DNA of 64,000 bases from assembly GCA_963727725.1 (NCBI GenBank), contig CAVSHJ010000022.1, positions 2,008-66,007 on the forward strand. Reading direction: 5' to 3'. Below are positions 21,592 to 31,519 of the stretch, piece after piece (position 1 is the stretch's first letter; each line of letters begins with the position of its first letter). The notes under the pieces were generated by a model. That model did not search any database, was not told where the DNA came from, and saw only the letters and a program-made list of their open reading frames with translations. Both the position numbers and the translations under genes were made by a program. Source of the stretch: Thermodesulfovibrionales bacterium (lineage in GTDB: Bacteria; Nitrospirota; Thermodesulfovibrionia; Thermodesulfovibrionales; SM23-35).

Positions 21592-22374
21592 ATGAATATA
21601 GTTGTATGTATGAAACAGGTTCCGGATACCGCTGAGGTGAAGATCAATCCGGAGACGGGCACCTTGATAAGAGAGGGTGTTCCGGGTATCATTAATCCCT
21701 TTGACATGCATGCGATTGAGGCAGGGATTCAGGTGAGGGAGAAGGTTGGAGGAAAAGTGACCGTTATAACGATGGGACCTCCGCAGGCTGAGGCCGCTCT
21801 GAGAGATGCGATAGCGATGGGCGCCGATGATGCAATCCTTCTTTCCGACAGGGCGTTTGCAGGTTCGGATACGTGGGCGACTTCGTACACTCTGGCTAAA
21901 TCGATAGAGAAACTGGGCGCAGACATTATAATCTGCGGCAAGCAGGCGATAGACGGCGATACTGCGCAGGTAGGACCGGAAACCGCCGAGTTTCTGGATA
22001 TCCCTCATATATCCTATGTGAGAAAGATCGAAGATGTGGGCGAGAATTCAATAAGAGTCCAGAGGATGATGGACGAGGGCTATGATGTTGTCGAATCCGC
22101 GTTCCCCGTGCTTCTTACCGTGGTAAGGGAATTGAACGAGCCCAGGCTGCCCTCATTAAAGGGCAAGATGGCCGCCAAGAAGGCGGTGATCAGGAAATGG
22201 ACGCTATCGGATATCACAGCCGATGAGAATAATCTGGGACTTAAAGGGTCGCCCACGCAGGTAAAAAATATTTTTACGCCTGAAGCGAGGTCCGGAAGAA
22301 GGATGCTGGAAGGCACGCCTGAAGAACAGGTAGATGCCTTAATCCACGAACTTAAGGGGATCAAATGTCTTTAA
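21592..22374 (+). CDS. etfB: Electron transfer flavoprotein beta subunit
   Basis: KQVPDT, INPFD, FAGSDTWAT, GKQAIDGDTAQVG, PRLPS. Confidence 0.95.
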   Translation: MNIVVCMKQVPDTAEVKINPETGTLIREGVPGIINPFDMHAIEAGIQVREKVGGKVTVITMGPPQAEAALRDAIAMGADDAILLSDRAFAGSDTWATSYTLAKSIEKLGADIIICGKQAIDGDTAQVGPETAEFLDIPHISYVRKIEDVGENSIRVQRMMDEGYDVVESAFPVLLTVVRELNEPRLPSLKGKMAAKKAVIRKWTLSDITADENNLGLKGSPTQVKNIFTPEARSGRRMLEGTPEEQVDALIHELKGIKCL

Positions 22375-23558
22375 TTGTCGATACAAGTAAATGCAAGGGA
22401 TGCGAAGAATGTCTTGCTTCGTGTCCGTTTGATGCAATCGTAATGAAGGAAGGCAAGGCGGTCATTAATGAATACTGTCAGGTGTGTATGGCGTGTGTCG
22501 GTGTCTGTCCCGAAGGCGCGATTGTCGAGCTTGAAAGAGAAGCGCCGAAAGGCGCAGATATCGCTGACCATAAGGGAGTGTGGATATTCGCCGAGCAGAG
22601 AAGCGGGAAAGTTGCTTCCGTGGCATATGAACTTCTGGGTATAGGAAGAAAACTCGCCGACACTCTTAATACGGAACTTTCCGCCGTACTCTTCGGGGCT
22701 ACCGGGTCAGAGGCAAAGGAACTCATCAGGTGGGGCGCAGATAAAGTATACGAGTCGGACGATCCTATCTTCGAAAAGTTCAATGACGAGCCTTATGCCC
22801 GGCTACTCACCTCTCTCATTATGGAGCATAAGCCGGAGATTGTCCTTGCGGGAGCTACGCCCCTGGGACGCTCTTTTCTTCCGAGGGTCGCTGCGCGGCT
22901 GAGAACCGGTCTGACGGCTGATTGCACGGGCCTTGCGATTGACGACAATACACGAAACCTCCTCCAGATAAGGCCCGCCTTCGGCGGAAACATCATGGCA
23001 ACAATCCTCTGTCCGAATAACAGGCCGCAGATGGCTACCGTAAGGCCGAGGGTAATGAAACGGGGCAAATACGATGAGGGAAGAAACGGAGAGGTCATAC
23101 CCGTCAAGATGGAGGGTTTGTCTTCCCGCACAAAAGTCATCGAGACGGTGAAGGAAGTCTCTGACTTCACCGTAAACCTGCAGGATGCAGAAATTATCGT
23201 GTCGGGAGGAAGAGGGCTTGGAGACCCGGAAGGCTTCAAGTTGATTGAAGAACTGGCAGGGCTTCTGGGAGGCGCCGTGGGCTCTTCGAGGGCTGCAGTG
23301 GATTCGGGCTGGATACCTTACAGACATCAGGTGGGACAGACAGGAAAGACGGTATGCCCGAAAATATATCTGGCCTGCGGCATATCCGGTGCCGTACAGC
23401 ATCTTGTCGGCATGCAGTCATCTGACATAATAATCGCAATAAACAAGAATCCTGAAGCTCCGATATTCAATGTGGCAACATATGGAGTAGTCGGGGACCT
23501 CTATGAAATCGTGCCGCTGCTCATTAAGAGGATAAAAGATATGAAGGGAATGGCCTGA
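22365..23558 (+). CDS. etfA: Electron transfer flavoprotein alpha subunit with N-terminal 2[4Fe-4S] ferredoxin domain
   Basis: CKGCEECLASCP and CQVCMACVGVCP; GLTADCT, RPAFGGN, VSGGRG, QVGQTG, GISGAVQH. Confidence 0.95.
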   Translation: MSLIVDTSKCKGCEECLASCPFDAIVMKEGKAVINEYCQVCMACVGVCPEGAIVELEREAPKGADIADHKGVWIFAEQRSGKVASVAYELLGIGRKLADTLNTELSAVLFGATGSEAKELIRWGADKVYESDDPIFEKFNDEPYARLLTSLIMEHKPEIVLAGATPLGRSFLPRVAARLRTGLTADCTGLAIDDNTRNLLQIRPAFGGNIMATILCPNNRPQMATVRPRVMKRGKYDEGRNGEVIPVKMEGLSSRTKVIETVKEVSDFTVNLQDAEIIVSGGRGLGDPEGFKLIEELAGLLGGAVGSSRAAVDSGWIPYRHQVGQTGKTVCPKIYLACGISGAVQHLVGMQSSDIIIAINKNPEAPIFNVATYGVVGDLYEIVPLLIKRIKDMKGMA

Positions 23559-23609
23559 GATGTTTCAATTCATTCCGCATGGTGCACCATTAAGGTGCTC
23601 TCTTCTCTC

Positions 23610-24533
23610 ATGAAGATTGCTTTCGTCTTCCCGGGTCAGGGTTCTCAGCACGTAGGTATGGGCAAAGACCTCCATGAACATTTTGCCCGGGCAAGGGAGA
23701 CTTTCAGGGAGGCCTCCGACGCTCTTGGGTTTGATGTTGCCGCCCTGTCGTTTAACGGACCCGAGGAAGAACTTAAAAAGACGTTCAGAACACAACCCTG
23801 CCTTCTCACGGTGAGCATAGCGGCTTACAGGGTACTGAAAGAAAAGGGAATCAAGCCCTCGGTAGTGGCGGGCCACAGCCTCGGTGAATATTCAGCGCTT
23901 GTTACGGCGGAGGCCCTTGCATTGGCGGATGCCGTGAGACTCACGGAGAAAAGAGGGCTGTTTATGCAGCAAGCTGTGCCTGAAGGAAAGGGACTTATGG
24001 CCGCAATCCTCGGCCTTGGAAGAGATAAGGTTGACGAAATATGCAGATCATTGAAAACGGGTTATGCCGTTCCTGCTAATTATAATTGTCCGGGGCAGAT
24101 AGTAATTGCGGGCGAAAAAAGCGCGGTCGAAGAGGCTGTTAACCTTTGCAAAAGTGCGGGCGCGAAGAGGGCCGTATCGCTCGCGGTCAGTGTGCCGTCG
24201 CACTGCAGCTTAATGGAGAGTGCTTCAGTGAAACTCGCTGCGTTGCTTGATATAACCGAATTCAGGAAACCTGTGATCCCGATTGTCAATAACGCCGACG
24301 CCCTGTTTCTGGATGACGTGGAGAGGATAAAGTCGTCGCTGGTGCGGCAGCTCGGCAGCCCGCTGCTATGGGAGGATTCTATGAAAGTTATTGCAGATTC
24401 AGGAGTCAATACATTTATAGAAGTAGGGCCGGGAAAAGTTTTGTCCGGGATGATAAAGAGAATAGTCCCGGATGCAAAGGTCCTTAATGTGGAAGACATG
24501 AAGAGTTTAGAAAAGACATTATCTCTTGTGTAA
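23610..24533 (+). CDS. fabD: Malonyl CoA-ACP transacylase
   Basis: FPGQGSQ, GHSLGEY, ANYNCPGQ, VSVPSH, EVGPG. Confidence 0.95.
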   Translation: MKIAFVFPGQGSQHVGMGKDLHEHFARARETFREASDALGFDVAALSFNGPEEELKKTFRTQPCLLTVSIAAYRVLKEKGIKPSVVAGHSLGEYSALVTAEALALADAVRLTEKRGLFMQQAVPEGKGLMAAILGLGRDKVDEICRSLKTGYAVPANYNCPGQIVIAGEKSAVEEAVNLCKSAGAKRAVSLAVSVPSHCSLMESASVKLAALLDITEFRKPVIPIVNNADALFLDDVERIKSSLVRQLGSPLLWEDSMKVIADSGVNTFIEVGPGKVLSGMIKRIVPDAKVLNVEDMKSLEKTLSLV

Positions 24534-26178
24534 TTTGACGACTTCGGGACAGATAAAGGACGGAAGACCGACCCGCGCGGCAAGGTATTTGTTTCTGGTA
24601 ATCTTCATCTCCGCATTTCTATCCTTCTTCAGACTTGGCTCTGCCACGCTTTTTGATGTCGATGAGGCTGTTTTTGCAGAGGCGACGAAGGAGATGGTTC
24701 AAAGCGGTGACTGGATAACGCCGACCTATAACGGAGAAAACCGCTATGACAAACCTATATTGTTTTACTGGCTTATGGCGGCCTCCTATAAGGTTTTCGG
24801 AATCAATGAATTTGCTGCGAGACTTGTTTCTGCGGTCACGGGAGTTTTGTTAAGTCTCAGTGTTTTTCTTTTCTTAAGACAGTTCCATGACGAGAGAAAG
24901 GCTTTTTATGCGTCTCTTTCGCTGTTCCTGTCCATATTTTTCCTCATCTATTCTCATGCGGCTGTCACCGACATGGCATTGACGCTTTTTATAACCCTCT
25001 CCCTGTTTTCATTTTATCTTTCCCTGAAAAAAGACAGACGCTATATCTACGGTTTCTACTTTTTTTCAGCGCTTGCATTTCTGACAAAGGGACTGATAGG
25101 GGTGGTCTTTCCTTTCGGCATAGGTCTTATCTATCTCTTCATCACGGAGGGATTGAAAGCGGTCAGGAAATTGCTCGTTCCCGGTGCGATTATTCTTTTC
25201 CTGATTGTTTCACTTCCATGGTATGTCGCGGAAATAATGATTAACGGTCAAGAATTTATCCAGAACTTTTTCATAAAACATCACCTTATGAGGTACACGG
25301 GTGTAATATCAGGTCACAGAGGGCCAATCTTCTATTATTTCCCCGTACTGATTGCGGGTCTCTTCCCGTGGATCGCGTTCCTGCCGGCGGGTATCAGAAA
25401 TGTCTTCAGGGAAACCGGTGCTTTCAGAAAATTGAGAAATTACGGCAGTGCTATGGATAATCCCGGTCTGTTTGCCTGCATATGGCTCGCTTTTATCTTC
25501 GTTTTCTTTTCTTTCTCTACAACCAAACTCCCGAACTATATCCTTCCGGCAATACCTGCTGCATCAATACTCATTTCAAGCGGCATGACCGTGTATGGAA
25601 GTTCTGCCGGTGGCAGGAAATTTTCGGGGATATTGTTCGGACAGGAAGCCGCAAACATTATTATCGCGCTTCTGGCGGCAGCGCTGGGCATTGCATTTCT
25701 GGCGTCCGGAAAATATTTCCTGACCATCGGCATTTCTGATACCGCCTGGACCACAATGTTCGGACTGCTTATGTTTGCTATGGCATGTCTGAGTCTGTTT
25801 GCACTGTTCAGAAAAAGAGAACTCTACGTATTTATGTCGGCATGTATGGTCATTTTTCTTTTCCTCATCGCGGTGAAAGTGGTCCCGGCTGCCAGCGATT
25901 ACCTGCAGGGTACTCTCTACAGGTACAGCTTATATGCGAGAGATAAGACGGAGAACGGAGGAGAAATTATTGCCTACAAGATGAATAACCCGAGTATCGT
26001 TTTTTATGCGGGTCATAAAATAATAGATGCAAGAACCAGGGTCAAGTTGTTACCCTATATAAGGGGTGGCGGAAAGTTTGTAGCGATAACAAAGGCCAGA
26101 GATGCAGACGCGATAGAGGGCCTGGGATTTAAACTGCTGGAGAAGGATGGAAGATATGCACTACTTGAAAGAAGGTAG
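24526..26178 (+). CDS. ArnT/PMT-like GT-C glycosyltransferase
   Basis: DVDEAVFAEATKEM, DKPILFYW, LTKG, TKLPNYILP; multipass membrane protein. Confidence 0.85.
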   Translation: MCNLTTSGQIKDGRPTRAARYLFLVIFISAFLSFFRLGSATLFDVDEAVFAEATKEMVQSGDWITPTYNGENRYDKPILFYWLMAASYKVFGINEFAARLVSAVTGVLLSLSVFLFLRQFHDERKAFYASLSLFLSIFFLIYSHAAVTDMALTLFITLSLFSFYLSLKKDRRYIYGFYFFSALAFLTKGLIGVVFPFGIGLIYLFITEGLKAVRKLLVPGAIILFLIVSLPWYVAEIMINGQEFIQNFFIKHHLMRYTGVISGHRGPIFYYFPVLIAGLFPWIAFLPAGIRNVFRETGAFRKLRNYGSAMDNPGLFACIWLAFIFVFFSFSTTKLPNYILPAIPAASILISSGMTVYGSSAGGRKFSGILFGQEAANIIIALLAAALGIAFLASGKYFLTIGISDTAWTTMFGLLMFAMACLSLFALFRKRELYVFMSACMVIFLFLIAVKVVPAASDYLQGTLYRYSLYARDKTENGGEIIAYKMNNPSIVFYAGHKIIDARTRVKLLPYIRGGGKFVAITKARDADAIEGLGFKLLEKDGRYALLERR

Positions 26179-26797
26179 AAAATTATTCTACGTTGCGGGG
26201 GTCCTGCCTGTATTTTTCCTTTACCTTGACAAGACTATAGTATTGTGGATAAAAGGTTTCTATAACGAATTGCAGATTCACAGATTCTTCCAGTCTCTTG
26301 ACCCGATTATCAATGTTGCCGGTAATGGCGCGACGCTCATATTGGGTGCTCTGATGCTCTATGTGGCCGGAAAATTTTTCGGTCAAAAAATGTACATGGT
26401 GGGAAAGTCCCTTTTCATAGGACTCCTGTCGAGCGGTATCGTGGTACAGGTCATGAAGCACCTGGTCGGAAGGGCGAGGCCAAGGTTGACTTCCGACTCT
26501 ATTTTTATAGGTCCTTCATTCAGGAGCGGATACGATTCATTTCCTTCGGGACACACTGCTCTCGTTTTCTGTCTGGGGTATATTCTCTCTCGCTATTTCC
26601 CGAAATACAAAGTTGTCTTTTATATGTTTGCGTCAATTGTGGCATTGGACAGAGTGGAGGATTTTGCTCACTTCCCTTCCGACATTCTGGCAGGAGCAGT
26701 GACCGGCCTCATAGTAGCAAAGATTTTGTACGTGAAGGTCTTTCCTTCAGGGGAGGCGCGCTATGCAGGGAGTACGGCGGAAAGTCAGACGCTGTAA
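26147..26797 (+). CDS. PAP2-family phosphatase
   Basis: KHLVGRARP, SFPSGH, DRV...HFPSD. Confidence 0.9.
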   Translation: MEDMHYLKEGRKLFYVAGVLPVFFLYLDKTIVLWIKGFYNELQIHRFFQSLDPIINVAGNGATLILGALMLYVAGKFFGQKMYMVGKSLFIGLLSSGIVVQVMKHLVGRARPRLTSDSIFIGPSFRSGYDSFPSGHTALVFCLGYILSRYFPKYKVVFYMFASIVALDRVEDFAHFPSDILAGAVTGLIVAKILYVKVFPSGEARYAGSTAESQTL

Positions 26798-26836
26798 GCG
26801 TGGCTGGAGATCGATAATTGCTGAGGGCTGACAATC

Positions 26837-27721
26837 ATGACCTCGTTGGGTGAATGCATAGAGAAATTTATCAGGTATCTCGAAGTCGAAAAGGACGTGT
26901 CGGCCCATACTGTGAGAGCGTACAGGAAAGACCTGAATGAATTCTCCGGATATGTAAAGACGGAACCTGAAAAAATTGACATGTTTGATGTCCGGGGCTT
27001 TATCGCGGCGCAGATTAGCGGAGGACTTAGCAAGGTGACGGTGAGCCGGAGGCTCTCGAGTATACGGTCTTTTTTCAAGTTTCTTTACAGGGAAGGTTAT
27101 ATAAAAGCGAACCCTGCAAAACTTGTCTCTAACCCCAGGGTGCCGAAACTCCTCCCCAGATATCTGTCCGTCGATGACATGTTTTCCCTGATTGGAAAAC
27201 CCGAGGGTATCGGCTTCATACCTGCCAGGGATAGGGCTATCCTGGAACTGCTTTATTCCAGCGGGCTAAGGGTGAGCGAACTTTCAGGACTGAATACGGA
27301 GGATCTCAATATCAGGGAGTCACTTGTAAAGATAAGGGGCAAGGGCAGAAAAGAACGCATTGTACCTGTGGGTTCAAAGGCTATTGACGCGGTCAAGTCG
27401 TATTTGATCGAGAGGATGCTGCTGAAGGGCAAGGACAGGGCGCTTTTCCTTAACAGGGGGAGGACGAGATTGACAGACAGGAGTGTGAGGCGTATAGTAG
27501 TAAAATATGCAAGGGCCTTAGCCATGAACGGAAGGATAGGACCGCACACACTGAGGCACTCCTTTGCGAGCCATCTCCTCCAGGACGGGGCCGACCTCAG
27601 GGTGATACAGGAACTCCTTGGACATTCTTCACTTTCCACGACTCAGAAATATACACATCTTGACATCCGGCATTTAATGGATATATACGATAAGGCCCAC
27701 CCTTTTGCGAAGGACAAGTAA
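26837..27721 (+). CDS. xerC: Tyrosine recombinase XerC
   Basis: [44 protein letters not shown]; directly upstream of hslVU. Confidence 0.9.
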   Translation: MTSLGECIEKFIRYLEVEKDVSAHTVRAYRKDLNEFSGYVKTEPEKIDMFDVRGFIAAQISGGLSKVTVSRRLSSIRSFFKFLYREGYIKANPAKLVSNPRVPKLLPRYLSVDDMFSLIGKPEGIGFIPARDRAILELLYSSGLRVSELSGLNTEDLNIRESLVKIRGKGRKERIVPVGSKAIDAVKSYLIERMLLKGKDRALFLNRGRTRLTDRSVRRIVVKYARALAMNGRIGPHTLRHSFASHLLQDGADLRVIQELLGHSSLSTTQKYTHLDIRHLMDIYDKAHPFAKDK

Positions 27722-27757
27722 AAGTGTGAGCGGCAATACGGAACAGAGGAGTAGCGA

Positions 27758-28291
27758 ATGATCAAGGGAACAACGATACTATGTGTGAGACGCGACGGAA
27801 AAGTCGCAATAGGCGGGGACGGTCAGGTCACCATGGGTAATACTGTGCTGAAGCATAATGCGAGAAAAATCAGGAAGATGTACGGCGAGAAAGTTCTTAC
27901 AGGTTTTTCGGGCGCGACGGCAGATGCGCTTACGCTTTTCGAAAAATTTGAGGGAAAGCTTGAATCCTACAGGGGGAATATCACGAGGGCCGCTGTCGAA
28001 CTTGCAAAGGACTGGCGGACTGACAAGATTCTGAGAAGGCTTGAAGCTCTCTTGATTGTTGCTGACCTGGAGCACACTTTCATCATATCCGGTACAGGTG
28101 ACGTCATCGAACCGGAAGAGGGGGTTGCGGCAATCGGCTCCGGGGGGCCGTTTGCTCAGGCAGCAGCAAAGGCATTATCAGAGAACACGGACCTTGCGGC
28201 GAGAGATATAGTTGAAAAGTCGATGAAGATCGCAGCCGGTATCTGTATATATACGAACGAAAACATAATCATAGAGGATCTCAATGAATGA
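27758..28291 (+). CDS. hslV: ATP-dependent protease peptidase subunit
   Basis: GTTILCV, GDGQVT, AIGSGG, CIYTN. Confidence 0.97.
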   Translation: MIKGTTILCVRRDGKVAIGGDGQVTMGNTVLKHNARKIRKMYGEKVLTGFSGATADALTLFEKFEGKLESYRGNITRAAVELAKDWRTDKILRRLEALLIVADLEHTFIISGTGDVIEPEEGVAAIGSGGPFAQAAAKALSENTDLAARDIVEKSMKIAAGICIYTNENIIIEDLNE

Positions 28292-29624
28292 TCTTACACC
28301 ACGAAAGATAGTTGAAGAACTTGACAAGTACATCATCGGACAGCGTAAGGCGAAGAAAGCTGTTGCCATTGCAATGAGGAACAGGTGGAGAAGGCAGCGC
28401 CTCTCTCCCGAATTAAGGGACGAGGTTCTGCCGAAAAATATCATCATGATCGGCCCTACGGGTGTCGGCAAGACAGAAATAGCAAGGAGATTGTCGAAGC
28501 TGGCGAACGCCCCTTTTGTTAAGGTTGAGGCGTCAAAGTTTACGGAAGTCGGTTACGTGGGGCGCGATGTGGAATCGATGATACGTGATCTCACGGAAAT
28601 CTCCATAAGCATGGTGAAAACGGAGCACATGGAGAAGGTGCAGGAAAAGGCGAGGACCCTTGCTGAGGACCGCCTTCTCGACCTGCTGCTTCCTCCCCTG
28701 AGGAGCGCAAGGGGAGTAGTCCCGGAAGAAGAAGAAAAGGAGAAACACAAGGAGACACGCGAAAGGCTCAGGCAGCAGCTGCGCGATGGAAAACTGGATA
28801 ACAGGTATGTGGATATAGAGGTGAAAGAGAAGATCATACCCTTCGGTGTAGTTTCGAACGTGGGGCTCGAAGATCTTGAGATAAACCTCAAGGAGATGCT
28901 GGGTAATTTTTTGCCTGAAAAGGCGAAAAGAAAGAAGGTGAAGGTTCCGGAGGCGCTGCTCATAATACAGCAGGAAGAGGCTAACAAGCTTATCGATATG
29001 GACAAAGTGACCAAGGAAGCGGTCGACAGAGTCGAACAGTCAGGCATTGTATTCGTCGACGAGATAGACAAGATTGCGAGCAGGGGACACGCCCATGGCC
29101 CCGATGTCTCACGGGAAGGCGTGCAGAGAGACCTGCTGCCTATCGTCGAAGGTACAACGGTAACCACCAAGTATGGCCCCGTAAAGACTGAACATATACT
29201 CTTTATAGCTGCCGGCGCTTTTCATATGAGTAAGCCGTCAGACCTCATACCCGAGCTTCAGGGCAGATTCCCGATCAGGGTTGAACTGGATGCGCTCGGC
29301 AAGGATGAGTTCATAAGGATACTGACGGAGCCCTATAACGCACTGACAAAACAGTACAAGGCGCTCCTTGCTACAGAGGATGTGATGATAGAATTCACAG
29401 AAAATTCCGTGGATGAGATCGCCGACATTGCAGCTCATGTTAATGAAAAAACAGAGAATATCGGTGCGAGGAGGTTGCACACCGTACTCGAAAAACTGCT
29501 CGAGGACATCTCTTTCGAGGCTCCCGAGAAGAAGAACGGGGAGCTCGTGATAGACAAGAAATATGTGAGGGAAAAGTTGAGCGAAATTGTGAAGGATGAG
29601 GACTTGAGCAGATATATCCTTTAA
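28284..29624 (+). CDS. hslU: ATP-dependent protease ATPase subunit
   Basis: [32 protein letters not shown]. Confidence 0.97.
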   Translation: MNDLTPRKIVEELDKYIIGQRKAKKAVAIAMRNRWRRQRLSPELRDEVLPKNIIMIGPTGVGKTEIARRLSKLANAPFVKVEASKFTEVGYVGRDVESMIRDLTEISISMVKTEHMEKVQEKARTLAEDRLLDLLLPPLRSARGVVPEEEEKEKHKETRERLRQQLRDGKLDNRYVDIEVKEKIIPFGVVSNVGLEDLEINLKEMLGNFLPEKAKRKKVKVPEALLIIQQEEANKLIDMDKVTKEAVDRVEQSGIVFVDEIDKIASRGHAHGPDVSREGVQRDLLPIVEGTTVTTKYGPVKTEHILFIAAGAFHMSKPSDLIPELQGRFPIRVELDALGKDEFIRILTEPYNALTKQYKALLATEDVMIEFTENSVDEIADIAAHVNEKTENIGARRLHTVLEKLLEDISFEAPEKKNGELVIDKKYVREKLSEIVKDEDLSRYIL

Positions 29625-29642
29625 GACAGGTGTGAGCGCGGA

Positions 29643-30374
29643 TTGACAGGGCGACACGACAATAGGGTGAGAAGCACAAATCTCCACTTTGCATGTTCTC
29701 CTTGTCTCCGGATCATCTGTTTTCTCATCACGGGCATATTCCTTGCGTCATGCGCCACTTATGAGAGGCACCGGGAGCCGGGTGTTTCTGTTGCGTCATG
29801 GTATGGGCCCGAGTTTAATGGAAGGCCAACATCTTCGGGAGAGATTTTCGACATGTATGCTTTCACCTGTGCGCACAAGGAATATCCCTTCGGTACACAA
29901 TTGAAGGTCACGAACATTTCAAATAATAAGACGACAAGGTGCGTCGTGAATGACAGGGGTCCATTTGTTGATGGGAGAGACCTGGATTTATCTTACGCCG
30001 CTGCAAAGGAGATAGACCTCGTAGGACCGGGTACTTGCAGAGTGAAAGTTGAATACCTGGGAAGGGATACTTCCTACGTGAAAGAAGTGGGATATTTCGC
30101 AGGCAAGGGACCGTTCACTGTGCAGGTCGGCTCTTTCAGGGAGATTTCGAATGCCTTACGGCTCAAGACGGCACTCGAATTGAAATACCGCAATGTTTAT
30201 GTGATAGAGGCCGATATCAACGGGGCGAGATTTTACCGGGTGAGGATCGGCAGCTTCGGCGTGAGAGAAGAAGTGTATGGCTTTGCGAAAATTCTGGCGG
30301 ATGAAGGGTATAGTGTTTTCATCGCCGGCTGTGAAGATACCATAGAGGGTATGAAAGAAGGTCATGCGGAGTGA
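29643..30374 (+). CDS. rlpA: Septal ring lytic transglycosylase RlpA with SPOR domain
   Basis: LASC lipobox; ASWYG, AHK..PFGT, VNDRGPF, DLSYAAA; C-terminal VQVGSF..YRVRIG. Confidence 0.9.
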   Translation: MTGRHDNRVRSTNLHFACSPCLRIICFLITGIFLASCATYERHREPGVSVASWYGPEFNGRPTSSGEIFDMYAFTCAHKEYPFGTQLKVTNISNNKTTRCVVNDRGPFVDGRDLDLSYAAAKEIDLVGPGTCRVKVEYLGRDTSYVKEVGYFAGKGPFTVQVGSFREISNALRLKTALELKYRNVYVIEADINGARFYRVRIGSFGVREEVYGFAKILADEGYSVFIAGCEDTIEGMKEGHAE

Positions 30375-31195
30375 AGATTACGGGAAAGACAAAAGTCACC
30401 GGAATTTTCGGGTATCCCGTCGAACATACCTTGTCCCCCGCAATGCACAATGCCGCCTTTGAAGCGCTGGGGCTCGATTATTGCTATATCCCGTTTACGG
30501 TGCATCCGGATATGCTGTCGGCGGCGGTAGGGGCAGTCCGGGCATTGAATTTGCGGGGAGTGAATATTACGGTTCCGCACAAGGAAAAAGTGATGCCAAT
30601 GCTCGATACAATCGATGATGAGGCGTCCTTCATCGGCGCGGTGAATACGATTGTAAGTTCGGACGGACAACTCAAAGGCTATAACACTGACGGAAGAGGC
30701 TTTATGGAGTCCCTTTCGGAGAGCGGCATAAGCGTCAAAGGCAGGAATGTTCTGATCATCGGCGCGGGCGGCGCGGCGCGGGCCATAGGGTATTATCTCG
30801 CGCAGGATGCGAAGGCGCTTTATATTTACGGTCGCACGCCGGGAAGGGCGAAAAGACTTGCATCAGATCTGAAGAAGGTCGCGGAGAGTGTTTCATCTAT
30901 TCCGGATATTTCTCCAATAGACGGGTTCCACGTGATAATCAATGCGACGCCTCTGGGACTGAAAGAGGATGATCCTCTGCCGCTCGATGCGAGCCTTTTT
31001 TGCAAAGGACAGATAGTCTGTGATCTCATATACAGGAACACGCGATTTCTCAGAGAGGCATCAAAAAACGGCTGTATCACCCTGAACGGTCTCGGCATGC
31101 TCTTGTGGCAGGGCGTGCTCGCATTTGAGTTGTGGACCGGCAGGAAACCGGACGTCACGATAATGCGGAAAGCCCTGATGAATGCCTTTTCCTGA
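30371..31195 (+). CDS. aroE: Shikimate dehydrogenase
   Basis: HTLSPAMHN, NITVPHK, AVNT, YNTD, GAGGAAR. Confidence 0.95.
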   Translation: MKITGKTKVTGIFGYPVEHTLSPAMHNAAFEALGLDYCYIPFTVHPDMLSAAVGAVRALNLRGVNITVPHKEKVMPMLDTIDDEASFIGAVNTIVSSDGQLKGYNTDGRGFMESLSESGISVKGRNVLIIGAGGAARAIGYYLAQDAKALYIYGRTPGRAKRLASDLKKVAESVSSIPDISPIDGFHVIINATPLGLKEDDPLPLDASLFCKGQIVCDLIYRNTRFLREASKNGCITLNGLGMLLWQGVLAFELWTGRKPDVTIMRKALMNAFS

Positions 31196-31273
31196 TTGTT
31201 TTCAGCACATATGCCGCAATGGCGTGGCATATTGCCCTGCAGAAATAATCCCCGATCTTTAAACTATCAATAA

Positions 31274-31307
31274 AATCAGTGTGTTGCGTAATGGCATTGT
31301 TCTTGCT
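31274..31307 (+). promoter_or_regulatory. sigma54 promoter with adjacent IHF-like site upstream of the hydrogenase operon
   Basis: TGGCAT-TGTTC-TTGCT at 31292-31307 (correct -24/-12 spacing); AATCAGTGTGTTG (WATCARNNNNTTR) at 31274-31286. Confidence 0.7.
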
Positions 31308-31519
31308 TTTATTATTAAGATTTACTTAAAAACCGGAACTAAATTTAATTGACAAGCAATAGCTTATTTGATATTTGTTTATGTAGCACATATGAGGAAG
31401 GTTTTACAAACCTGATAATTGTAAAGGTCTAAGGAATCTCCCGGAATTGAGAAGGAGGTGATACGACAAAATTGGAGACCGTTTCACACGGCAACAAAAA
31501 TCTGTAAGGAGGTGAATTT

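Noticed and set aside
31225-31241. TGGCATATTGCCCTGCA as a sigma54 promoter
   Set aside because: GG-GC spacing is one base too long; the site at 31292 fits exactly
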